This document shows positions 18,382 to 27,483 of a stretch of DNA of 64,000 bases, in pieces; the stretch's first letter is position 1, and the number at the start of each line of letters is the position of its first letter. Below the pieces are notes generated by a model that ran no database searches, was not told where the DNA came from, and saw only the letters and a list, made by a program, of their open reading frames with translations. The stretch lies in contig JACPNJ010000005.1 in the NCBI GenBank assembly GCA_016185545.1, positions 167,754-231,753 of the forward strand, written 5' to 3'. The position numbers and the translations under genes are program-made. The stretch comes from Candidatus Yanofskybacteria bacterium. GTDB taxonomy: Bacteria; Patescibacteriota; Minisyncoccia; 2-02-FULL-40-12; IGHO2-01-FULL-4-A.

Positions 18382-19431
18382 ATGAAAATATGTTATCTAA
18401 ATATAACCAGGGAAATCCCCCAGCGGGATGTAGTTTATATAAACGGGTTAAAGGAAAATGGTGTTGAAGTAATAGAAATTTTAGATAATTCGCCAAAGTT
18501 AAAAAAATTCTGGCATATTTTTAAAAAACATCGCGCCTTAAACAACAACTACGACATTTTGTGGGTCGGATATTCTGCCCACATACTTGCGCCCTTCGCC
18601 CGTTTAATTTCCAGAAAAAAAATAGTTTTCAACGCACTCTGCTCATTGTACGAGGGACTGATTATATCGCGCAAACAAGCGCCACGGTTTTCACCAAAAG
18701 CTTTTTTGGTTTGGTTACAGGATTTTTTGTCATTTCATTGTTCCTCGTTAATACTTGTGGAAAGCGAGGAACAAAAAAAATTCCTTATCAAAAAGTTTTT
18801 TCTGAAAGAAAAAAAACTGCAAAAAGCTTGGACGGGAGTTAATGACAGGGACTTTTTTTATAATCCGGCAATCAAAAAATCGCCTGTCTTTTCTATAATT
18901 TTTCGCGGCGGATTTCTTCCCGAATCAGGAATTGAACACGTTGCTGAAGCCGCCTCACTTCTTCAAGATGAGAACATACGATTCAGAATTATAGGCACCG
19001 GTGTTATGGAAGATGCCCTAATCAACAAGCTCGCTACTTTTAATTCTAAAAATGTTGAATTTATTTCCGAAAAAATCAAAAGAGTCAGCCGCCCCGAACT
19101 TAACATTAAAATGCAGGAATGCCACATATCGTTAGGCCAGTTATCTGACCACGACCGCCTGAATAGAACCATTCCTCATAAGGCATTCGAGAGTATGGTT
19201 ATGAAAATTCCATATTTGACCGCGCGCAATAAAGCCGTACTGGAATTATTCGCCGAAAACGAAACTTGCTTTTGCTGTAACCCGGCTGACTCTCGTGATT
19301 TGGCCGATAAAATTATTTGGATAAAAAATAATTATGAAACGGCTCAAAAAATCGCCGAAAACGCTTATCAATTATACTCACGCGAACTAACCCCGAAAAT
19401 ACTTGCGAAAAAGGTATTAGAATTGTTTTGA
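18382..19431 (+). CDS. family 1 (GT4-like) glycosyltransferase
   Basis: GT-B C-terminal domain FISEKI...; 349 aa. Confidence 0.6.
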   Translation: MKICYLNITREIPQRDVVYINGLKENGVEVIEILDNSPKLKKFWHIFKKHRALNNNYDILWVGYSAHILAPFARLISRKKIVFNALCSLYEGLIISRKQAPRFSPKAFLVWLQDFLSFHCSSLILVESEEQKKFLIKKFFLKEKKLQKAWTGVNDRDFFYNPAIKKSPVFSIIFRGGFLPESGIEHVAEAASLLQDENIRFRIIGTGVMEDALINKLATFNSKNVEFISEKIKRVSRPELNIKMQECHISLGQLSDHDRLNRTIPHKAFESMVMKIPYLTARNKAVLELFAENETCFCCNPADSRDLADKIIWIKNNYETAQKIAENAYQLYSRELTPKILAKKVLELF

Positions 19432-19444
19432 TATTTGATAATTT

Positions 19445-20746
19445 TTGGATACACTACCAAATATAATCATGCCAAATAAAAACAAAATCGCAGAAAGGAA
19501 AACCTGTCGAATCTCCGGCGAAAAACTACGGTCGCTTTTTTCTTTGGGCAAAACCTATATTTCTGACTTTGTGTCACCTGACAAAAAACCGCATTTACCG
19601 CCGATCGATCTTAAACTTTGCCTTGCTCACAAATCAGGATTAGTTCAATTGGCCCATACAGCCCCAAGCGATGAAATGTATAGACACTATTGGTATAGAT
19701 CGGGCACTAATGCCACTATGACCAAAGAACTTGAAGAGATCGCACGCTCAATACAGAACCTTATCAAAACCAAACCGGGTGATGTTTTTATTGATATCGG
19801 CTGTAATGACGGCACTCTTTTGAGTTTTTTGGATAAAGGACTCATTCGAATCGGCTTTGACCCGGCTCAAAACGGTTTTAAGGAGCTTTCGAGCGAACAT
19901 GCTAATTTAATAATTGATGACTACTTTAGTTATAACGCTCTAAAAAAAAGCAAATACGGCAACAATAAAGCCATGGCAATAACATCTATTGCGATGTTCT
20001 ATGACCTGGAAGACCCAAATAAATTTGTGCGAGGCATTGCTCAAACCTTGCACAAAGACGGCTTGTGGGTACTGCAAATGAGCTACCTGCCGTTAATGCT
20101 CGAACAACTTGCTTTCGATAATTTGTGTCATGAGCATTTAGAATATTACAGCCTTGAATCCTTAAAATATTTATTGGATAAACATGGCCTAAAAATAGTA
20201 GACTGCCAGTTCAATGATGTTAATGGGGGAAGTTTTCGGGTGTATATCAGAAAAAACAATGCCGACGAATCAAGATTTTCCACTGCCCCATATCGATCAG
20301 TGGCTTCTTATCGAGTACTGTCGACTCTAAGCCACGAAAGATCTTTGAATCTCAAAAGCAAGAAAACCTACTTTGATTTCTACAAAAAATCTCTTGATTT
20401 AAAAAGGCAAACTGTGAGTTTTATAAAAAAGGAGAAAGCCAGGGGTAAAACCATTTGGGGCTACGGCGCCTCAACCAAGGGTAACACACTCTTACAGTGG
20501 TTTGGTTTGGATGGCTCGCTCATAGATGCCATCGCCGAAAGATCACCGGCCAAATTCGGCCTCAAAACCGTAGGCACCAACATTCCCATCACATCCGAAG
20601 AAGAGATGAGAAAAGCCCAACCCGACTATCTTTTAATCATGCCGTGGCATTTTATAAAAGAATTTAAGCAAAGAGAGGCAGAGTATTTAAAAAAAGGCGG
20701 CAAGTTCATCGTCCCATGCCCCAAGTTTGAAATAATTAGTATATGA
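19445..20746 (+). CDS. SAM-dependent sugar C-methyltransferase (TylCIII/NovU-like)
   Basis: N-terminal CRISGEKL...LGKTYISDF block; methyltransferase motif VFIDIGCNDGTLL; C-terminal C-methyltransferase-type domain. Confidence 0.6.
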   Translation: MDTLPNIIMPNKNKIAERKTCRISGEKLRSLFSLGKTYISDFVSPDKKPHLPPIDLKLCLAHKSGLVQLAHTAPSDEMYRHYWYRSGTNATMTKELEEIARSIQNLIKTKPGDVFIDIGCNDGTLLSFLDKGLIRIGFDPAQNGFKELSSEHANLIIDDYFSYNALKKSKYGNNKAMAITSIAMFYDLEDPNKFVRGIAQTLHKDGLWVLQMSYLPLMLEQLAFDNLCHEHLEYYSLESLKYLLDKHGLKIVDCQFNDVNGGSFRVYIRKNNADESRFSTAPYRSVASYRVLSTLSHERSLNLKSKKTYFDFYKKSLDLKRQTVSFIKKEKARGKTIWGYGASTKGNTLLQWFGLDGSLIDAIAERSPAKFGLKTVGTNIPITSEEEMRKAQPDYLLIMPWHFIKEFKQREAEYLKKGGKFIVPCPKFEIISI

Positions 20747-20917
20747 CTTACGCGCTTGAGCCACGAAGCCCAAGAAATGTAGGGCTTGGCGTGGCTCAAG
20801 CCACAAGGGTTTACCCAATTTCTTCGTTAAAAGGCTCCGGTTTGGCTCACCATACCTCTAGTATGGCTCGCCCAATCCTCGCCTTTTGCCTCGAACTTGG
20901 CTAAACGCATAAGTCCT

Positions 20918-20945
20918 ATAGCAATGTCCAGTTCAACTGGACATT
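20918..20945 (+). terminator. rho-independent terminator-like hairpin
   Basis: atgtccagttcaactggacat followed by tttattaat. Confidence 0.5.
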
Positions 20946-20948
20946 TTA

Positions 20949-21344
20949 TTAATACTTCTCATACGATTTTTCCTGAACAATATCGGACTTTAATAGCAGA
21001 TTAATTTCTCTCCAAACCGCCGCTCTTTCATCATTATTTTTAAAAGCGGCGCGGGCTGCTTCTATGAATTCCGGCCCAAAATCGCCATTGCGTTCGCAGA
21101 ACCGCTTTTTATCTTCAATATCCCAGCCCTTGGCGCTTAACTGGCGCAGTTTATCAAAAAGCCGTTTGAGTTCACCTGATGGCTGAATGCGTTTATTAAA
21201 AACTGCCAGATGTGTTTTGAGTTCGTGTTTGACGTTTTTTAGTTTTTCTTGATCCTTGATTCTTTCTGATTTCACTTCCAAAATCGCGATTTTATCCATC
21301 AATTCAGCCGGAGAAATAGGTATTAAGATTTTATTTTGTGTCAT
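20949..21344 (-). CDS. hypothetical protein
   Basis: 131-aa ORF; no motif recognised. Confidence 0.45.
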   Translation of the reverse strand: MTQNKILIPISPAELMDKIAILEVKSERIKDQEKLKNVKHELKTHLAVFNKRIQPSGELKRLFDKLRQLSAKGWDIEDKKRFCERNGDFGPEFIEAARAAFKNNDERAAVWREINLLLKSDIVQEKSYEKY

Positions 21345-21348
21345 GGTT

Positions 21349-22440
21349 TTACCCTTTTTTATTTAGATTACTTAATATAACATCAATTTCTTTTTTAGCC
21401 ATGTCAAGTGTTATATTTTTCACATCGCCATCGGTACCCTTGAGAACGCGATTAAGTGATCCTGGCGGGCGGTGATACTCTCGCTCATCGGTGGGCCCAA
21501 CTAAGACAAGGTTAGCCACATCAAAGGCATCAGCCGTTACCATTGGGCCGGAATCATTGCCTATGACAAGATCACACTTTGAAATCGCGGCCTTAAATTC
21601 ATCTAGGTTTTGATTAAGCAGGTTAACCGCCGGAACGCCGTCTAAAACCGCGAGCATTGCTGTTATCGGCCCCTCATCTTTACCGGCACCAACAAGCAAA
21701 ATCTTAGCGTTTTGTTCTTCGTAAAAAAATTTAGCTAATTCAGCAAATCTTTCCGCCGGCCACCAGCGCTCGGGCACCGCGCCACCCGGCGCAAAAGCAA
21801 CAATAAAATCGTCCACCGACATATTATTTTGAGTGAAAACATTGTTGATTTTATTTTCAGCTTCTTTGGAAAAATATAACCGGAAATGAGCATCGCCGGT
21901 ATTGGCATTAATTGGCTCCAGCAACTTAAGATATTGTGGCGGGACATATTGACCGGTATAAAACGGCGATGTGATTGCAAATGTTTTTAGAATTGAATAA
22001 GAAACCGAAGTATCTCCTTTGCCGCTCTCGAGTGAAAAAGTAGAAATGGTTTTAATGCCGGCAAGGTATAGCAGAGCAAAACCCATTGTACTGCCAAGAT
22101 TGGCCAAACAAGCAAAATCAATTTTTTCTTTTTTTAATAGTTTAACGACGGTCCAAAAGTTATTTTCGTAATTTATATATTTATCTATATCCGGGTTGTG
22201 TCTGATCACTTCTTCTACCCGACCAGCACCAATAACATATAGTCTGCTATCTGGATACCTGGTCTTAATGGCCCTGAACATGGGCGTGATATAAACAACA
22301 TCGCCCATGTGCGGTTTCCAGCGCAAGATAAGAATCCTTTTGGGGTTTGAGGTAATTTTTTTTGCTCTGCCGCGGAATAAATAATATAAAAGACACAATA
22401 ATAAACTGCCAAGATTTGTAAATTTACTGGATAATTTCAT
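21349..22440 (-). CDS. family 9 glycosyltransferase (ADP-heptose:acceptor heptosyltransferase-like)
   Basis: ILILRWKPHMGDVV and LVIGNDSGPMV GT9 motifs. Confidence 0.75.
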   Translation of the reverse strand: MKLSSKFTNLGSLLLCLLYYLFRGRAKKITSNPKRILILRWKPHMGDVVYITPMFRAIKTRYPDSRLYVIGAGRVEEVIRHNPDIDKYINYENNFWTVVKLLKKEKIDFACLANLGSTMGFALLYLAGIKTISTFSLESGKGDTSVSYSILKTFAITSPFYTGQYVPPQYLKLLEPINANTGDAHFRLYFSKEAENKINNVFTQNNMSVDDFIVAFAPGGAVPERWWPAERFAELAKFFYEEQNAKILLVGAGKDEGPITAMLAVLDGVPAVNLLNQNLDEFKAAISKCDLVIGNDSGPMVTADAFDVANLVLVGPTDEREYHRPPGSLNRVLKGTDGDVKNITLDMAKKEIDVILSNLNKKG

Positions 22441-22547
22441 CCCGTTAGAAGTTTTGCAAACCGGCCACCACTTTGAACAGGTGGCAAACTCACAAATTTT
22501 ATATCAATAAATGCCCTTTATTCCCGTTAGGATTAACTTCTAACGGG
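22441..22547 (-). repeat. family A element, copy A2
   Basis: near-identical reverse complement of A1. Confidence 0.8.
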
Positions 22548-22549
22548 AT

Positions 22550-23407
22550 TCATTTCCTTAAAGTTACGCAAGCCACTGCTCTGGCGGCGGCCACCCCGTC
22601 ATCGTTAATTTTTTTGCCGGTACGGATGTTAAAATATTCCAAACCATCGCATTGCTCCTGTTCACTTATCTGCCAACCATCTTTTGAGTACTTATAGAAA
22701 ACAGTATTAAATTCGGCGGCGCCGAAAGCATCGGCAACTTTTTGCACCATTTGTGAATTAAACTGCTGAAAAAAACCATGGTTTTCGTATCGGCCGAACG
22801 GTACGGTAATAAAAAGTGTTCCGCCCGGCTTCAACATTCTTTTCATTTCAAGAACCGCCGGCAGATAATCGCCGCTGTTTTCCTTGAACCGGTTTTCACC
22901 GGTATATATTTGCGTGTTATCCATTCCTATATGCTCAAGAGTGGAGACACAGGAAATTATATCAAAATTATCGCTTTTGAATGGTGCTTTTCTTATATCG
23001 CTATAAACATACGATACTCCTTTATTCCAAAAACAATTTGATTCCGGATTGAGATTCATTATAAAAAGATTCTTGGGGACAATATTTTTATGTTCAATAA
23101 TTTCCTTAAAATTAAGGGCCGAACCGGCATCCAACATTTCCACACGGTCACCACCGATTTGGGAAATAACCCATGGAATTTCAATGATTCTTTCATCAAT
23201 TCCAATGCCATATTTTTCGGGCAACTTCCCATTATTTTTAAACAGTCTCGATAGTTCATTATTTTTAAGAACTGCGCCAATTTCACGCCATTTATATTCA
23301 AAATAACCCCTGCTCCAAGGCTTGCGGCCGTGCAATTCGTAGGATAATAAATTTCTTCTAGCAATTAAACTTTTTGCAAAATATCTTAATTTTTTGTTAA
23401 ACCCCAT
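22550..23407 (-). CDS. SAM-dependent methyltransferase
   Basis: class I methyltransferase fold (LDAGSALNF...KPGGTLFITVP). Confidence 0.6.
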   Translation of the reverse strand: MGFNKKLRYFAKSLIARRNLLSYELHGRKPWSRGYFEYKWREIGAVLKNNELSRLFKNNGKLPEKYGIGIDERIIEIPWVISQIGGDRVEMLDAGSALNFKEIIEHKNIVPKNLFIMNLNPESNCFWNKGVSYVYSDIRKAPFKSDNFDIISCVSTLEHIGMDNTQIYTGENRFKENSGDYLPAVLEMKRMLKPGGTLFITVPFGRYENHGFFQQFNSQMVQKVADAFGAAEFNTVFYKYSKDGWQISEQEQCDGLEYFNIRTGKKINDDGVAAARAVACVTLRK

Positions 23408-23512
23408 CCCGTTAGAAGTTTTGCAGACCGTCCACCACTTTAAACAGGTGGCAAGTTCACAAGCCTTATATCAATAAATACTTTTTCCCCGTTAGGCTTA
23501 ACTTCTAACGGG
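23408..23512 (-). repeat. family A element, copy A3
   Basis: same termini and interior as A2. Confidence 0.8.
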
Positions 23513-23513
23513 A

Positions 23514-24725
23514 TTAAGCAATACAAATGAAAACTTTACTAAAAATCTCGTTAATCGGCTTCTGATATTTTATCACGAAAAGTTCGCCGTTGTCGTAAAT
23601 TTGGAACACGGTTTTATTGAGGCCCAAGAGCGGTTCCCAAATTTTATTATAAAACCAGCTTGCTTTGGTAAACCGGAAATCGTCATTGTTTGAATAAATC
23701 TGGTTTTCGGAATTGTAGTGGTAGTTGAAGTCCCTTTCGGTTATAAACCCGAGCTGCCTGTTACGCCGATGATATGACAGAAAACAATTTTCAAGAAAAT
23801 CCACTTGGGAAAAAGATATTATCATATCATCCGGATTGACATTCATTTTTTTAACGGCCAAAGCGATTTTGAAATTATTAAATAATTTGCGCGGTTCCAA
23901 TGAATAAAAGATTCTTGGAAAAAATTTAATCTCATCAAAGTACTCCCTTATATCGTCTGGTTTTACAAAATCCCAGCGAGGATGGCGGGAAACGACCAAG
24001 TTTATCTTGGTACTAGGCAAAAAAGACCTTATAAAACGCGCCAGGGATACCGCACTAACCACAAACTCCGTATGCGAAAGGACAAACCAAACTTTACCGT
24101 GAAAATCGGAAAATAGTTCGCGTATATTACGCTCAAAAAGTTCATCTTTTGCGGTGGCTATTCTATTTTCAACAAGCTCTTGTTTGAGGTCGGTTATAAA
24201 AAGTGAGCTTGGCACTTTTGCAAAATATGTTTCGGTAGTCTCAAAGTACTTGTCATTATAGACATTTTTAAAAAGCCGATAAAATAGGTAAGCATTCAGA
24301 CCGAAGCTATAGGCGGAAACCGCCGATGTTGAGTTCACGGCAAAAACACATTTAATTTTTGGAAGATTTTGCCACAAAAACAGTTCAGCCGTTGTTTTGT
24401 CTTGGATTAAATTAAAACCATTTAAGTTTAAAAATAATTGTTTTTTTTCATCAGATGGATGCGGTTTATAATAAAGATCGTACCCACCAAAATTCCGGCG
24501 AATATAATCAAGGCACTCGTTGCATTTAGCAACATAAAACTCCTTGTCTGCAAAACCTGAAGCCAGAATGCCTTTCATATCACTGCCCATAAAAACAACC
24601 ATTTTCGCGCTAAAACCGCTTTTAGAATCCGGTTCTTTTTTGTTTAAACTCAACAAATGAGGCAGTGAAATCCTGACGACATTATTTATTTTTTTATTTA
24701 TACCGACAAATTTTCTTATATCCAT
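23514..24725 (-). CDS. hypothetical GT-B-like transferase with a KPHP motif (paralog of 36483..37706)
   Basis: shares CLDYIR...YDLYYKPHP..FLNL with 36483..37706; HP motif as in CMP-sugar/CDP-alditol transferases. Confidence 0.45.
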   Translation of the reverse strand: MDIRKFVGINKKINNVVRISLPHLLSLNKKEPDSKSGFSAKMVVFMGSDMKGILASGFADKEFYVAKCNECLDYIRRNFGGYDLYYKPHPSDEKKQLFLNLNGFNLIQDKTTAELFLWQNLPKIKCVFAVNSTSAVSAYSFGLNAYLFYRLFKNVYNDKYFETTETYFAKVPSSLFITDLKQELVENRIATAKDELFERNIRELFSDFHGKVWFVLSHTEFVVSAVSLARFIRSFLPSTKINLVVSRHPRWDFVKPDDIREYFDEIKFFPRIFYSLEPRKLFNNFKIALAVKKMNVNPDDMIISFSQVDFLENCFLSYHRRNRQLGFITERDFNYHYNSENQIYSNNDDFRFTKASWFYNKIWEPLLGLNKTVFQIYDNGELFVIKYQKPINEIFSKVFICIA

Positions 24726-24845
24726 CCCGTATGAGACAGGCTGTGATTCTGTCGCAACCGTACCTAGTTAGTTTATCATTGTATCCCGTAAAGACACTTC
24801 GGCCACCAGACCTTCTTGTGTGTTTACCCTTCGTGTCTCGTACGG
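24726..24845 (-). repeat. family B element, copy B2
   Basis: cccgtatgagaca...tgtctcgtacgg; the interior matches the reverse complement of B1. Confidence 0.8.
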
Positions 24846-24871
24846 AATCCATGAGTAAATCTCCGAAAGCC

Positions 24872-26107
24872 CTATTTAGTTTTATAAGCAATGAAGTCTA
24901 CGTGACGAACACCGCATGCACCCTTGAAGAGGTGTTTACATGAATCAATATATGCCTTGACTTCATGTAGGTCTGAATTTTTAACCAAATATACAAATTG
25001 CTTCGCTTCTTTAATAAATTCTGATAACCGAGTTTGCAATGGCTCTAAAACCGATACTTCCTCAAAAGACATATCAACCGCATCAGCTAAATTATTAAAT
25101 TTATCCGCATTAAGTTGAGACTTGGAATTGAAATTTGCAACATAACTGGTCAAGTCTGATAATTCCTTTGAATATTTAAGATAGCCCCCGCCTAGCGCTT
25201 TAACATTTTCCAAATCACCATCTTTTTGTAACAGCCATACGGTTTCTGCAAGAGCAGGCATTCCCGGTATTTCGGCAACATCAAACTTTAACTTATGATG
25301 CACGGAATCTCCAATTACTGGCATTAAAAATGGCGGATAACTTGAATAAAGTTTCAAATTATTTTCTTTTAGCCATTTTAATGTCTCCGCTACGGAAGGA
25401 TCGTCTTGGCTTTGAATTACCCAACGGTCAAATATTATTGCTCTTCGGGTCCGTTTGATAGCCACCTGACTTCGGTCAATATCTTCCTTAAAAAGTTTTT
25501 CACATACATCCACCATATCATCCGGCGATTTGGCATAGTGATACACAGCAAAACGCTGAAGCATGTTTTGAAAACCACCTGCTTTATTAGGATCCCCAAA
25601 AATTAGAAAACCGCCCGGTTTAAGAAATTTGGCAATTTTCTTGAACGCTCCCCGGTTATCTGCAGTATGACTCAAAACTCCTCTACAATGGACGATATCG
25701 TACTTTACAGATGAATCATAATCAAAAATAGATGATTTGATAAACTTGTGCGTACCGCCATTAGAATAGCGCTTAAAAACTTTTTTTGCTATGGCAAGCG
25801 CTTGATCGTTCATCTCTACAAGCGTGCATTTGGCGCCCCATCGCGCTAAAGAAATCGTATTCTCTCCGGTACCAGCACCGAAGTCAATAAGATTGGCATT
25901 AGCAAACATTTTCGGCGGAAATTTAAACAAATCTCTATACATGTATAGCACATTAGCCGTATACTGACGGAATTCTTTTTCTGATTTATCAGAAAAATAA
26001 ATTGAGGGGATTTCCTCCTGAAATGTGCCGAGGGTAGCTTGTTCGACCCGCTTGATTTTAGCAAGTCTTATAGTTTTACTCTTGTGTTTAGTTGATATTT
26101 TTTTCAT
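24872..26107 (-). CDS. SAM-dependent methyltransferase
   Basis: LIDFGAGTGENTISLA motif I; 411 aa. Confidence 0.6.
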   Translation of the reverse strand: MKKISTKHKSKTIRLAKIKRVEQATLGTFQEEIPSIYFSDKSEKEFRQYTANVLYMYRDLFKFPPKMFANANLIDFGAGTGENTISLARWGAKCTLVEMNDQALAIAKKVFKRYSNGGTHKFIKSSIFDYDSSVKYDIVHCRGVLSHTADNRGAFKKIAKFLKPGGFLIFGDPNKAGGFQNMLQRFAVYHYAKSPDDMVDVCEKLFKEDIDRSQVAIKRTRRAIIFDRWVIQSQDDPSVAETLKWLKENNLKLYSSYPPFLMPVIGDSVHHKLKFDVAEIPGMPALAETVWLLQKDGDLENVKALGGGYLKYSKELSDLTSYVANFNSKSQLNADKFNNLADAVDMSFEEVSVLEPLQTRLSEFIKEAKQFVYLVKNSDLHEVKAYIDSCKHLFKGACGVRHVDFIAYKTK

Positions 26108-26213
26108 CCCGTTAGAAGTAGCAACAGCGACAAAAGTTTTAATTACGGCCGCAGTGTCTACTTGAAAAAAAATAACTTTAATTCGTGAACCCGCTAGGTC
26201 TACTTCTAACGGG
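26108..26213 (-). repeat. family A variant element, copy A4
   Basis: same 12-14-bp termini cccgttagaagtag/ctacttctaacggg; different interior. Confidence 0.7.
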
Positions 26214-26226
26214 ATACATTATTAAA

Positions 26227-27360
26227 TTAATCGCAGTAGCTTTCAAGCTTACTATCCCGAACCGTATCAAGAGTACTGCAATGAATACCACCCATAAAAT
26301 AAGAATGCCTGAATGATATCGGGATAGGAGTAATTCCGTGTTTCTCAAGTATTTTCATAAGAGGAATCTGAATTTTATCTACAATGACATGCCCGGGATC
26401 AATGGATAAAAAATTCATTCCAATCCAAGGAGAACTGATGGAGCCAAGGCCGGATTTAACTCCCAGCTTTTCAAGTTCCAGATGAGCCGGTTTTCTGACC
26501 TTTTCGTGAATATCCAAGGTCCTCTGTGGCGTCGGAACAATATCGGAAAAATATATCTTGTCCCATTTTTCAAAAACCGGCGGACAGGTCTCGGGACTGA
26601 CCCGTGTAGCATTCAGCATAACCAGACCCGGACGCAATGCCATGGCTGTTGAATCTATGTGGCTTGAGCGATAGATCTCGCTCGTAGTATGGACCCTATA
26701 TTCATCACCCAAAACACTCTGGAGCCATTTGGCGCCGATATTATTACCGGACCGAGAAACAAGATATAAAAGATCCTTGCCCATTCTTAAAGTATTAGCG
26801 GCTTCAAATAATATCTCATCTTCAGTCAGTCGTGTGTATTTTTGTCCGTCATCATATTGGGATTTACCCTCAACGGTATAAACTTCCATGTGGTCGCCTG
26901 GCACGCGCGGCTTAGGACCGGCTACCCACCTAAAACCGCCTTCTTTAAAATACTCGTACAAAACCGGATATAAACCCATGGCTTCAAAATACCTGTGCTG
27001 TTCCTGCGACGGTGATTCAATGACATTACCGCCGACCACTAAATGCAGATCCCTCATATTATAGACATGGTCACCGACTGCGGAGAAAAATGGTGTCGTA
27101 AATAATTTATTGTTATGGGAAATATCGGGACGAAACACTTTCACGCCAAACGATTTTAAAACATTACAAAGCCCCTCTAAATCTTCGTTAATTTCATCAG
27201 TAAGCCACTGGGGATAAGCCTGGCGGGCTAATTTAACTGATTTTTCTAAAAGATCTTCTGAAACTAAGCCATGTTTAAATACCAAGGGAGCATGGCCATC
27301 TCCCCGGCCAACAATTATTTCTCTCAATTTATCCCACTCATTGTGGCTGTTTATTTTCAT
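26227..27360 (-). CDS. amidinotransferase-family protein
   Basis: N-terminal INSHNEWDKLREIIVG (amidinotransferase signature) and C-terminal GGIHCST catalytic-Cys motif. Confidence 0.65.
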   Translation of the reverse strand: MKINSHNEWDKLREIIVGRGDGHAPLVFKHGLVSEDLLEKSVKLARQAYPQWLTDEINEDLEGLCNVLKSFGVKVFRPDISHNNKLFTTPFFSAVGDHVYNMRDLHLVVGGNVIESPSQEQHRYFEAMGLYPVLYEYFKEGGFRWVAGPKPRVPGDHMEVYTVEGKSQYDDGQKYTRLTEDEILFEAANTLRMGKDLLYLVSRSGNNIGAKWLQSVLGDEYRVHTTSEIYRSSHIDSTAMALRPGLVMLNATRVSPETCPPVFEKWDKIYFSDIVPTPQRTLDIHEKVRKPAHLELEKLGVKSGLGSISSPWIGMNFLSIDPGHVIVDKIQIPLMKILEKHGITPIPISFRHSYFMGGIHCSTLDTVRDSKLESYCD

Positions 27361-27483
27361 CCCGTTAGAGGCAGGTTACGCTCTTTGAGCGTAACCGTAC
27401 CCAAATAGTTTAAATGATAATTCCCGTTTGTATGTTTCTTGCACCGCTATTCTTGATTAATTGCCTGTTGTGCCTCTAACGGG
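27361..27483 (-). repeat. family A variant element, copy A5
   Basis: termini cccgttagaggc/gcctctaacggg; internal ggttacgctctttgagcgtaacc hairpin. Confidence 0.7.
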
